From contig OZ316897.1 of the NCBI GenBank assembly GCA_973895155.1, positions 20,339,224-20,403,223 on the forward strand: a stretch of DNA of 64,000 bases, in the 5' to 3' direction. Position numbers and translations under genes: made by a program. Below the pieces are notes generated by a model. The model searched no databases. It was not told where the DNA came from and saw nothing but the letters and a program-made list of their open reading frames with translations. The stretch is from Marsupella aquatica (taxonomy: Eukaryota; Plantae; Marchantiophyta). Below, piece by piece: positions 50,973 through 60,417 of the stretch; within the stretch, counting starts at the first letter, position 1, and every line of letters begins with the position of its first letter.

Positions 50973-52007
50973 TCATAAAACATACTCATCATTGAGTAAA
51001 TCAGCTTCTCCATCAGCCCTAGCCACATTTGCCGATGAAGTTTTCGCTGCCTTTCCCTTACAGTCTCGCTTGAAGTGTCCAACTTGGTTGCACTTCCAAC
51101 ATGTCACCTGCCTCCTCTGAGGGGATTTACCCTTGGACTTAGATCTGGATTTAGATCTAAACTGGGTTCTACGGTCCCCAGTTGGTTGCTGCATACTCCT
51201 CCCACGGTTAACATTGAGGGCAGCACCAGATGATGAAGGCTGTGACGTGATGTGCATCTTCTGCTGAAGATCATCACTAAGCAAAGAACTTACCACGTCA
51301 TTGTATGAAATGGTATCCCTATCACGATGCAACAACACTCGTGATAGGGACTGGTAAGATGGAGGCAATGAACTAAGAAGCTGCAGAGCCTTCGTCTCAT
51401 CATTCAAAGTCTCCCCAAGGTTTTCCAAGTCAACGACCATGTCGTTGAAAGCATCCACATGGTCTTGCAACTTCGTACCAGATTCCTTCATCCTGAAACT
51501 CATCAGTTTGTAGGAAGTGTAGAGCCGGTTCGACAACTCCTTGCGGTGATACTTGCTCTGCAATTCCGCAAACAAGGACATGCAATCCTTATGTGCACCT
51601 AACTGCTTGATGATGGGAGGCATGAGATAGAGTGTAACACACCACACTCCCTGCTCCTGCATGCGGTCCCATTGTTTCTCATCAACATCGTCTTCACGAG
51701 GGCTCAGCAGTTGGCCCATCCCTGACGCATAAAGCACTCCCTTCACCTGCTTCTCCCATAGCAAGTAGTCAGAGCGCCCATCATACTTTGTCACTTCATA
51801 CTTGGGTCCCCCAAGCTTGAAAGTCCCCATCTTCTTCTTTACCGTGAGCTCCGGTAGTAGTACTGCTTCCTCCACCACACGCCGCACCGGTGATGGTATC
51901 GGTGTCACGTGCTCTTCCTCCTGCTCCTCTCGCTGCCCCTGAAACCTCCGTGGTGATCCTCGTGCTTCAAGTTCCACGTCTTCGAAAAACTCCTCCGAAT
52001 CACTCAT
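50973..52007 (-). CDS. Copia B gag, 344 aa
   Basis: UBN2-type gag core (KYDGRSDYLLW, LLSSLPPSY) and CCHC knuckle CWKCNQVGHFKRDC. Confidence 0.95.
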   Translation of the reverse strand: MSDSEEFFEDVELEARGSPRRFQGQREEQEEEHVTPIPSPVRRVVEEAVLLPELTVKKKMGTFKLGGPKYEVTKYDGRSDYLLWEKQVKGVLYASGMGQLLSPREDDVDEKQWDRMQEQGVWCVTLYLMPPIIKQLGAHKDCMSLFAELQSKYHRKELSNRLYTSYKLMSFRMKESGTKLQDHVDAFNDMVVDLENLGETLNDETKALQLLSSLPPSYQSLSRVLLHRDRDTISYNDVVSSLLSDDLQQKMHITSQPSSSGAALNVNRGRSMQQPTGDRRTQFRSKSRSKSKGKSPQRRQVTCWKCNQVGHFKRDCKGKAAKTSSANVARADGEADLLNDEYVL

Positions 52008-52699
52008 ATGAGAAAGTCACAAAAAATGTTGTTTTTCACAACTTCTCAAAAAACTCGAAACTCAACACCGCCGCGTAGCCCACAAAGCTAGGAGTCCAAT
52101 ACTGAAAACCAAAATCAAAATCGAAATTTGACGGAAAAGTTATTCAAATTTCGGTCGAGGTGGGTAAAACCTTGGGAAACTCCCTCGTTTTGACCACCTC
52201 AGGGAATAACCGAAATACCAAGTACAACCCGTTGTCGGAATTGCGATGTGATTGGTGCGCTGCATTGCCAACTTCAATGGCTACGACCTCACTTGTCAAC
52301 AACGAATGTTGATCAATTGCACTTGGTGCCGTCACCAAGTCCAACAAGGTAATTGATTTTGCTTAGCCTTCCTCTTTGCATCAAAGAGCCAATCCCGGAC
52401 TCAAAAACAATCGTCTTGCCTCAATCTCTCCGTTGAGTCAAAACACTTGACGCTTCTCCCTCCGAGTCGATTGCCAACTTTCTTCACAAAATCCAGAACG
52501 ACGAAAACTTAGATCTCTCTGCACCACGAGCTCCGTTCAACGATTTCTTCACACCGTTAGAAAGCTCTTGCCCTGATCTATCCGTTGAGCCCATAAACTC
52601 CAAGTTCCATGCGATGGAACTCTGGAAAATCCACCAACACTCAACGCTGGAAAAACCGTCATGAAATCCCGTCACGAACACACGTCACCTCCCAAGCAT

Positions 52700-52711
52700 G
52701 CTCTGATACCA
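52700..52711 (-). promoter_or_regulatory. Primer binding site (tRNA-Met) of Copia B
   Basis: Minus-strand TGGTATCAGAGC 2 nt after the 5' LTR. Confidence 0.95.
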
Positions 52712-52713
52712 AT

Positions 52714-53224
52714 TGTTGAGCATAGACGACGATCGCAACGGCAAGCCCATGAACCATCCAACGCACAATAGTCGACACAAGAGATACGTGGTTCACCTCC
52801 TTGAGGCTACGTCCACGGGAACACACAAGAGAGCTTTACTGAACTCTAAGCCCGTCGGCTATACCGAGTCTCCACAGTGTAAGCTCTCCCTATCTCTCAA
52901 GTGGCTCCATAACAATGAGCCTTGGTTCTACCTCTCCAAGCACACATGCCTCTTATGATATAGTGTGCAACTTAGTTGTACCTAACCACATAGTTGTACC
53001 TAATCACGTAGTTGTACCTAACCACATAGTTGTACCTAATCACGTAGTTGTACCTAACCACATAGTTGTACCTAATCACGTAGTTGTACCTAACCACATA
53101 GTTGTACCTAATCACGTAGTTGTACCTAACCACGTAGTTGTACCAACCCACGTTGTTGTACCAACCCACGTTGTTGTACCAACCACGTCATACCTAACCT
53201 AGACGTAAGAGTAAATACCCAACA
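52714..53224 (-). repeat. 5' LTR of Copia B
   Basis: Direct repeat of 46998-47508. Confidence 0.97.
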
Positions 53225-55169
53225 GCATCCCCGTACTGACCTGAGCCTCCCGTAACGATTTCCGTACCTCCCAGAGCTTCTTCTCCAAGCCCTTGCTCTT
53301 CTCTTGACTCTTCTTGGCTCCATCCAACAAGGGCCCATACTTCCCACTAACCTCCTTCACCACCATCTCAATAGCCTGGGAGATCAAATCCGGGGAAAGT
53401 GTGGAGCTAGGTGTGCTGGGGCTCTTCCGTTTCCCCAGGCTCAAGGCCTCACTCCTCTTTGCTCGTGTCTCAAAGGCGGCCACCTGACTCCGTAGTGCTC
53501 CCACCTGGTTTCTCCACTCCACCACTTCTCCAGAATTCTGCTTCTCTTTGGCCAATGCTTGTCTCAACGCTCCCACCTCTTCTGCTTCCTTGGCCTTGGT
53601 GGACAAGGCTCCCTTCAAGTTGGAGATCTCTACGTGAGCTGCTTGGAGAAGCTTAACCTTCTCATGAATGGTCCCCTCCTTGGCCTTGATCACCTCCTTC
53701 AGAGACAGGGTACTCTGCTCTAACGTCTCTACTCTGGCTGAGGCGTGCTTGAGAGAATCTCTCAATGCGTGGATTAGCTTGAGTCCCTCATGGACTCCCT
53801 CTCTGAAATCCCGTAGCTCTGCCAGGTAAACATCCGGAATGTTGTAGACCAGGGGCTTTTTCGGATCTCCTACGAGTGATTCAAGCCACTCCAACATGTA
53901 GTCCTCATCCTGGTTTTCTTCTCCTCTATCTTCATCCCCACCAGCCGACGATGATTCCTCCGTGAGCTTCCCTATAACGGTAGTGGCAATACTCCGGATC
54001 TCCGTGGTGAGAGATGATCCCGTGTCTTCCTGTCCCGGGGAACCAATCAACCCTTGCCCTGGCCAATACAAATGACCCCATCAAATGTACAGCCCCACCT
54101 GGTTTCACACTCCCGGGATCAGCGGCCAACAGCTTCTTCAACCCGTAGTACCACCATCCGTACACATGGGCTGGGTGGTTCTTGATGTCCATAGCTACCA
54201 CGAAATGCTCTTCACTCACCACCCCGGATTGCACGTTGCCAAGGACCCGTTGATGAACCTTGGCCAGGAATCCCTTATACTCAACATCCTTGACAGCGGA
54301 AAGAGGGATGGCAGTGGTGGAGGTGGGATTAATCACCCAAGTGGCCACCATCTTCAACGTGAGTTCTCCCCTAATGTGCCGAGGTGTGAATGAGAATTTC
54401 TGATTCCCCAGAAATAGCAGCCTAGCCAACTCCACATGGGGCACTACACGTTTGAGACATTCAAAGTAGATTCCCTCCGTTCGTAACTCCATCCCAGCCT
54501 CATTGTCCCAGCTCTTCCCCGGAGGGATGGTAATCTCCACCTTCATGAATTCTGTAACCCCGGTGGCTTGGAAAATATTCCGACAATCCTCCATCACTTT
54601 GGCGGAGGTCTTGGGATAAATTCGACGAAAAATCCTCCTACCCACCGGTGTGGAACCTGCTGCCAATCCCGTGCTCATCGTAGCTTCTCTCTCTTCTCTC
54701 TCCCTTGCAATCAAAGTCTCCACGTAGTCACGGTAAGCAGCCTTGTATCTCCGAATGCGTGCCACACTAAACTCCGGTTGATCTAGCATTCATGCATCCT
54801 GAAATCAAATTCTCAATCACCAAATCCCGTCACCCGTAGCAATGTCAATTCCCTGGCCCGAAACAGCCCCCGTAGCCCGATTAATTTATTTCTCTCAATC
54901 CCCTCCGTCGTCACTCCATGTTGCTGTCGTTAATGCCCGGACAGTCCCCGCAATCCCCCATGACTGAGCCTTGAGAAGAATTGGAGAGAAAGCTCAAATA
55001 ATTGTAACATAAGGAGAAAGCTTTCGGCAATAAGGGAGAGAAACTCGAGTTTGCTTTCGGCAAGAGAAGGGTCGTGTGAAAAGGAGAAAAGAGGGGAGAG
55101 AAAAAAAACAACGAAAACCCCCCCGGGAGCAGCTTTTCGCCATGCGCCCCGGAGCCCTCCTTTGTCCCG

Positions 55170-55622
55170 ACTCGCGGGAGTCCCCCTTCCTCGCAGCTTG
55201 CGCCTCACGGCCCGCAGCTCGCGGACGCTTCCCCTTCCTCGCACGGCAGCTCGCAGCTCGCGGCTCGCGGCTCACTCGCGGACGCTTCCCCTTCCTCGCA
55301 CGGCAGCTCGCGGACCTCCTTAGGAGGGATTTATTTTTAAACCCCCCCATACTCCTCACTCGCGGCAGCTCGCAGCTCGCGGCTCGCGGCTCACTCGCGA
55401 ACGCTTCCCCTTCCTCGCACGGCAGCTCGTGGATCTCCTTAGGAGGGATTTGTTTTAAAACCCCCCCATACTCCTCACTCACGGCAGCTCGTAGCAGCTC
55501 CCGGCTCGCGGCTCACTCGCGGACGCTTCCCCTTCCTCACACGGCAGCTCGCAGCTCGCGCCTCGCACCTCGCACCTCGCGGAAGGATTTAATGGGGGTT
55601 TAATTAAACCCCCCATACTCCT
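55170..55622. repeat. GC-rich compound tandem repeats near the 5' end of the putative Gypsy LTR
   Basis: Recurring gcagctcgcggctcgcggctcactcgcggacgcttccccttcctcgcacgg and ...aaaccccccatactcctcactc units. Confidence 0.85.
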
Positions 55623-56015
55623 CCAGTCCTGCCTGAGTGTTGCTTTAGAAGGGGTGTTACCAAAAAATTAAAAATGCTTATTTCCCGGACTTCCTTACCT
55701 TCCCGGAAAGTCACAATTTTAAACCCCCCCAGGTTTTTGCCCCATAATTAACCCGAGTCTAGACAAAACTGTTGGGGTCTCCGACTATCCCGAGATGCTT
55801 TAAAAAAAACTTTATAGATTTAAAGAACATTAAAAAAAACTTGCATCTATGGGCTTATTTATTTATAGGTGTCTTGCTGGTGACACTAATGGTGATTTAC
55901 CGTGGCGGGACCCCGTCACATAGCTCCTCTCTTAATTGCAAAGCGTCCCCGCGAGCACCATACTCTTCCTCCATGTAGTATTTCTTTAGGCGTTCTTGAT
56001 TGATCCGTGTGTTGA

Positions 56016-57466
56016 GTAGTCAAAATGATGATTGCTCTAAGTATGAACGGGTTCAGCCTCCCAAGCCTCTGCAGCACATCATATGTGAGAACTCCTTCAT
56101 CCCATAGCTTCTTCAATTCTTCCACAAGGGGAGCCAGGTACACGTCTATGTTGGCAGACACAGTAGAGTCTGGCCCTGGTAGCAACAGAACTAGGAGAAC
56201 AAAAAATCTCTTTGTAGTCATCCAAGGAGGAAGGTTGTAATTCAAAATAGTTACAGGCCAGCATGAGAACTTATTGTTCTTGTCTCCAAATGGGTTTACC
56301 CCATCCAATGACAACCCAAGCCTCACATTCCTTGGCTCTGTTGCAAATTCTGGAAACATCTCATCTATGAGTTTCCACTGTCTTGAATCGGCAGCATGTC
56401 GTTGCAGCCCATCCGAGCTTTTTTTTGAAGCTGCCCAAGTCATCATCTTTGAGATAGCAAGGCTTCTAAACATCCGTTGAAGCCTAGGAATGAGTGGAAA
56501 ATGACGAAGTACCTTTGCTGGAACTAAAGACTTCCCTGCGTTTCAATACCTGTGCTTCCCACAGACAATGCATCTCAAGAGATCCTTATACTGATTTCTG
56601 AAGAGAATATGCCCATCAGGACAAGCATGGATGGAATCATAGTTCAATCCAAGATTAGATATGCATCTTTTAGCCTCATACATGCTTTTTGGCAAAAGAT
56701 TATCAGGCGGTAGCACAGTCAGTCGTAGGAAGGCCAACAACTCAGAAACAAAAATGTTGGGGACATTGTGGTTGCCGCAAATGTTCAGGAACATGATGAC
56801 AAATGCTAGTTTGGAACACTTGCTACCGGGATAAAGGGGGTGCCTGCATTCCTGAATTTGCACAGGAGAGCCAAACATCCAATCATGCCCAGGGGTTTCT
56901 TGCCCTATCTCAAACTCATCTAGAGGATTGTCAACTGGGGGCACACTTGCATCAGCATCAGTGTTGTCTTCATTGTCCAACCCATCATGAAATGCATCCA
57001 AGTTCTGAAAGATGTCTCGCACCATCTGTTCCACATGAATGCCTTCGTCACGTGGCTCTGCCCGACGAATGTCCTGTTGGTGGTCAGTGATCCCACATAG
57101 ACTAGCAACATCATTGTCCAAATCACCTGGCAGATCCACCTCCGACCGTCGCACAACATTGGCAGCCTCAAAATCTGCCCTCCACTCCTCATCAGACGTA
57201 TCTTCCTCCGCTGGATCATTCCAAACTCGATGTCGTGGATCTCACCCATTCACCACAATATGCCGCCAAACCTCACTGAGGACCCTGCTATGAGTCCCTT
57301 GGCAGATTTCACAAGGACATCTCATCCTACTGGCTCCTGCAAGTCTATTTCTTAATGTTTCACGCTGCCAAAGCTTATTGTCATGGCGTGCAACCCTTAT
57401 GGGATGATGTAAAGGCAATGGCTGTGCATTGCGTTGGGTCTGGGGAGGGTGGTGACCAGGGTGCAT
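56016..57466 (-). pseudogene. CACTA Tnp2/TnpD transposase (transposase-associated domain plus Transposase_21), two in-frame stops, 3'-truncated
   Basis: CPCEIC...VWRHIVVNG*, LYPGS, IHACPDGHILFR, VPAKVLRHFPLIPRLQRMF, RHAADSRQWK, PRNVRLGLSLDGVNPF, WPV...NYNLPPW, DVYLAPLVEELKKLW. TGA at 57242 and 56543. Confidence 0.93.
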
Positions 57467-57622
57467 TGTAACAGACTGCAAACTCTGCAGTGATGAACAG
57501 TGGGTGAAAAGGGTAACAAAGTAGCCTACTAATGGTCAAAAGAAGAAGTGCATTGTTGTCATGTGAATTGGTCATGTACCTGAGTTGAAGTTGTCAACAA
57601 TACAAACAGCAAAGGATGTTTG

Positions 57623-57739
57623 CCCAGCTCTGTAAACACCCCGTTCAGTACGTACTGTCTCCCCAGCTCTGGAAACACCCCGTTCAGTACGTACTGTCTC
57701 CCCAACTCTGTAAACACCCCGTTCAGTACGTACTGTCTC
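57623..57739. repeat. 39-bp x3 tandem repeat, each unit with the 12-bp palindrome CAGTACGTACTG
   Basis: cccagctctgtaaacaccccgttcagtacgtactgtctc occurs three times. Confidence 0.93.
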
Positions 57740-58010
57740 CGTAGGGGCCTTGCAACACTGTATGTAGACATGAGGACAAAGCCACATCCCTGGTTAAGGA
57801 AAAGCCAACACGACACACAACACAGAAGATAGAATTTGAACAGAATTTGAACAGCATCCAAAGCAAAGAGATGATTTAATTGTGGAATGACATGATGAGA
57901 GGACAATGAATGTTTTTATTACAGATGGAATTTGAAGGAAACAAGTTCATCACTCAACAAGTATTCATTGTCTAAATCACTAACACTGTCATGGCTCTTC
58001 ATCAGATAAA

Positions 58011-58920
58011 CTAATCACTGTATTCGCCAGTGTTAGAAGAGTATTCGTCCTCATCACTCGTGGTTTCCCACTCTGTGGTTGTGTCCCTGAGTACATCATT
58101 AACTAATGGTTCATCACCTCCATCCCAGCTCTTACGTCTTTTGTACTTAGGCTTCTGAGGCCACACCTCATTCAGATCAAAGGTTGCTTCATCAAGTACA
58201 TTGCCTCTATCTAGTGACTCCACTTGCACGTGAAACCACTTGCAGGCCCCTACTAACCATCATCCGAACTAAAGTCTTTCCAACCATACGACAAAGTCTG
58301 GAATAGGATAGGGTGACCACATGAGTGGTAGAATCTATGAGGCGTTCATGCACCTCACCCTGCCTGTGCAGAATTTTGTGCTTGAAACGTCTCAACCTTC
58401 CCGGTGGAATCCCAACATCCACAAACATGACCTTAACCCCCCTAAACATGACCCGCACATGGGGGTTTATGACAGGCATAGGATGCTCTAAGAGCTCTTG
58501 CCTAGTTCCCTGTGAAGCATCATCATATTGTGCTTTGAACTGCAAAATGTCTTTGGTGGCCCGTTTGTTCAACCATATATCATACTCTGTTGGGTCCTGA
58601 AGGGTGCTATATTCTAGACAGTCATACATCCAAGAGACATCAACAACCTTAAGACCATAGGACTCTCTGTAAAAGTTGATGGTGCTCCAAAACCACTTCT
58701 GCATCACATCACACCAATCATCAGCGATGACGTGTGTGGTGTCTCTACTGATTTGTTTCAACACTATCCCTCCATTCTCAACCAATTGTCTTTTCATGAA
58801 CTCCCATCTATTCGTGTCCTCCCCCCTAGTATGAGTGACAAAAATTGCTCTAACTCCAGCAAACGGTGTAGGAGGAAGGTCTGAGGCAAGCCTCTTCAGT
58901 GTCCTACTGGAGGTAGCCAT
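58011..58920 (-). pseudogene. Tandem BRCT-domain protein (plant DNA polymerase lambda-like BRCT) with a basic and acidic tail; frameshift at ~58225
   Basis: BRCT1: FAGVRAIFV...NGGIV...DTTHVIA...VVDVSWMYDCL...PTEY. BRCT2: FRGVKVMFVDVGI...RQGEV...STTHVV...QVVSR/ESLDRGNVLDEATFDL. Confidence 0.8.
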
Positions 58921-59234
58921 GTGCAATGCAGCCTTTTGACAGTGTGAAGGAAAAAGTGGACACCCCTGATATCACCTGCAGATCCATGAGAATGCCTAAA
59001 TATGCAATTCATACAAGGATTGCAACAGCAACAGAACAAACTTGGGTATCGCCACATTCACATTCACCATGACATCCATAAACATGCATGATATTCATGT
59101 ACATAGTGGGAATAACCATAATACAATAGGCAAGTTTGGAGTCCTGACTAGTTTAAAATGTGCAGGTATCCTGCCTAAGACAAAACTTGGCTAACCCCTA
59201 AAGTGAACGCATGGTAAATATAAACTCCACCACA

Positions 59235-59912
59235 TCAAAGCCAGGAGATATGATCATGGGCAGGTGTGCCAAGTACAGGGTCAATGGGATGCCTCGGGCA
59301 GTAAATCATCCACCGCTGCTGCCCGTGCGCAGTGTGCAGCCAGGGTTCTCTGTCTGGTGCAAAACCATGACGTTGACTCTCTCTTAAGCAACCCTCATGC
59401 CAGGTGGTGGGACATCTCAAGCATTGAATTGCCTTTGCCATATGAGGGTCTTTGTGATCTTGCTTGCATGCTGTACATGCATGCATGGGGCAAGACTCCA
59501 CATCAAGCGGCAAGCACTCATGACAATAAAAACAAACACAATATGGCTGAGGGCACTGTCTGATTGCTGGAGAGACCACGCCACACTTGAAACACTTGTG
59601 TATCTTATTCTTGCAATCTACACAAAACCAGGGTTCACCATCCTTGCCTGGTGCAATAACCACTGCAGGACACCTGCCTACAGTGTCACCAATTCTGTAG
59701 ACATAGTGAAAATGACGATGGCAAGACCCATCACACACGGCCAGATCTCCATGGAAATCACATATCGCACACAACTAGGGACTACACTGACCCTTCTCAA
59801 TGTCTGACCAGCGTTCAATCTTCAAGCTATGTGGCTCAATTGCCTCATTATGTTTCTGCTTTTTTTTTGTTTCAGTGGCATTTTTTACGGCTTTCCTCTT
59901 CTCCCTAGCCAT
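59235..59912 (-). pseudogene. EDM2-like multi-PHD-finger protein (~225 aa, basic NLS-like N-terminus) with one premature TAG at 59775-59777
   Basis: MAREKRK...KKKQK...SP*LCAICDFHGDLAVCDGSCHRHFH...WFCVDCKNKIHKCFKC...CPMHACTAC...CLRCPTTWHEGCL...IYCPRHPIDPVLGTPAHDHISW. Cys/His spacing and the C-terminal IYCxxHxID...TPxxDH motif match the EDM2 PHD module as recalled. Confidence 0.82.
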
Positions 59913-60329
59913 TACAAAGACTGAACATTAAACAGACAAATGTGCAAAGTTATTACTATTGCATATAGTGAACGACCCCCTTCAAATGGCAAAACAAATT
60001 ACACATGGGCAGTTCCCCTGAAGAAGCATCATTTGATAACATTGTCACCCGGACCACAACCAGTTTATTACCTCAAGTCTTGAGCCTCAATGTCCAATCC
60101 TCAGCCTGAATTCTGCCGTGTTTGTTCTGAAAACTTCTGTGATCAAATGATTTTTCAAGATTTTCAATAGCAAAGATATTTGCATCACACAAGAAAATTA
60201 GTTAGACAGTGTGAATGCAAATTTCAAAACACATAACAAAATTCAAACCACCATTTCAATTCAAACCAATTGGCCATGCATGTTACTACAGCAATAAACA
60301 AATAATTAGGCTCAACAGACAGGAGTTCA

Positions 60330-60417
60330 GAACTTGCCATTTGAGATTGACAATCTGAACTTCAGATTCAGACGAACTTGCCATTTGAGATTGACAATCT
60401 GAACTTCAGATTCAGAC
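60330..60417. repeat. 44-bp tandem duplication
   Basis: gaacttgccatttgagattgacaatctgaacttcagattcagac occurs twice. Confidence 0.9.

Larger units (their letters stand above)
46998..53224 (-). mobile_element. Full-length, very young Ty1/Copia LTR retrotransposon copy B (6227 bp)
   Basis: Two 511-bp TG...CA LTRs, identical by eye. TSD GCATC (46993-46997 and 53225-53229). PBS, PPT and open gag and pol frames present. Confidence 0.98.
46707..54789 (-). pseudogene. Accessory ORF inside the putative Gypsy LTR (~600 aa, coiled-coil C-terminal half, acidic tail), split by Copia B and about 2 frameshifts
   Basis: ORFs 54789-53932 and 54071-53199 overlap. Removing Copia B and one TSD copy rejoins ...AQVSTGM to PPRSVTPGLPWPQGKFYRW..., then ...EATLWKDTIGEGYIKAWQAL...SEEEEE*. 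Confidence 0.6.
45801..56015 (-). mobile_element. Ty3/Gypsy remnant: integrase C-terminus, PPT and a long 3' LTR (55920 to 45801, ~3.9 kb after removing Copia B)
   Basis: Minus-strand LLNTRINQERLKKYY resembles the VNxxRLKxY end of Gypsy integrases. It is followed by the PPT AAGAGAGGAGCTA (55933-55921), then TGTGACGGGG. Candidate LTR end ...GGGGGGTGGTGACA at 45801. Confidence 0.62.

Noticed and set aside
54930-55603. Several 90-175-aa Arg/Ala-rich ORFs on both strands
   Set aside because: Produced by GC-rich tandem repeats lacking stop codons.
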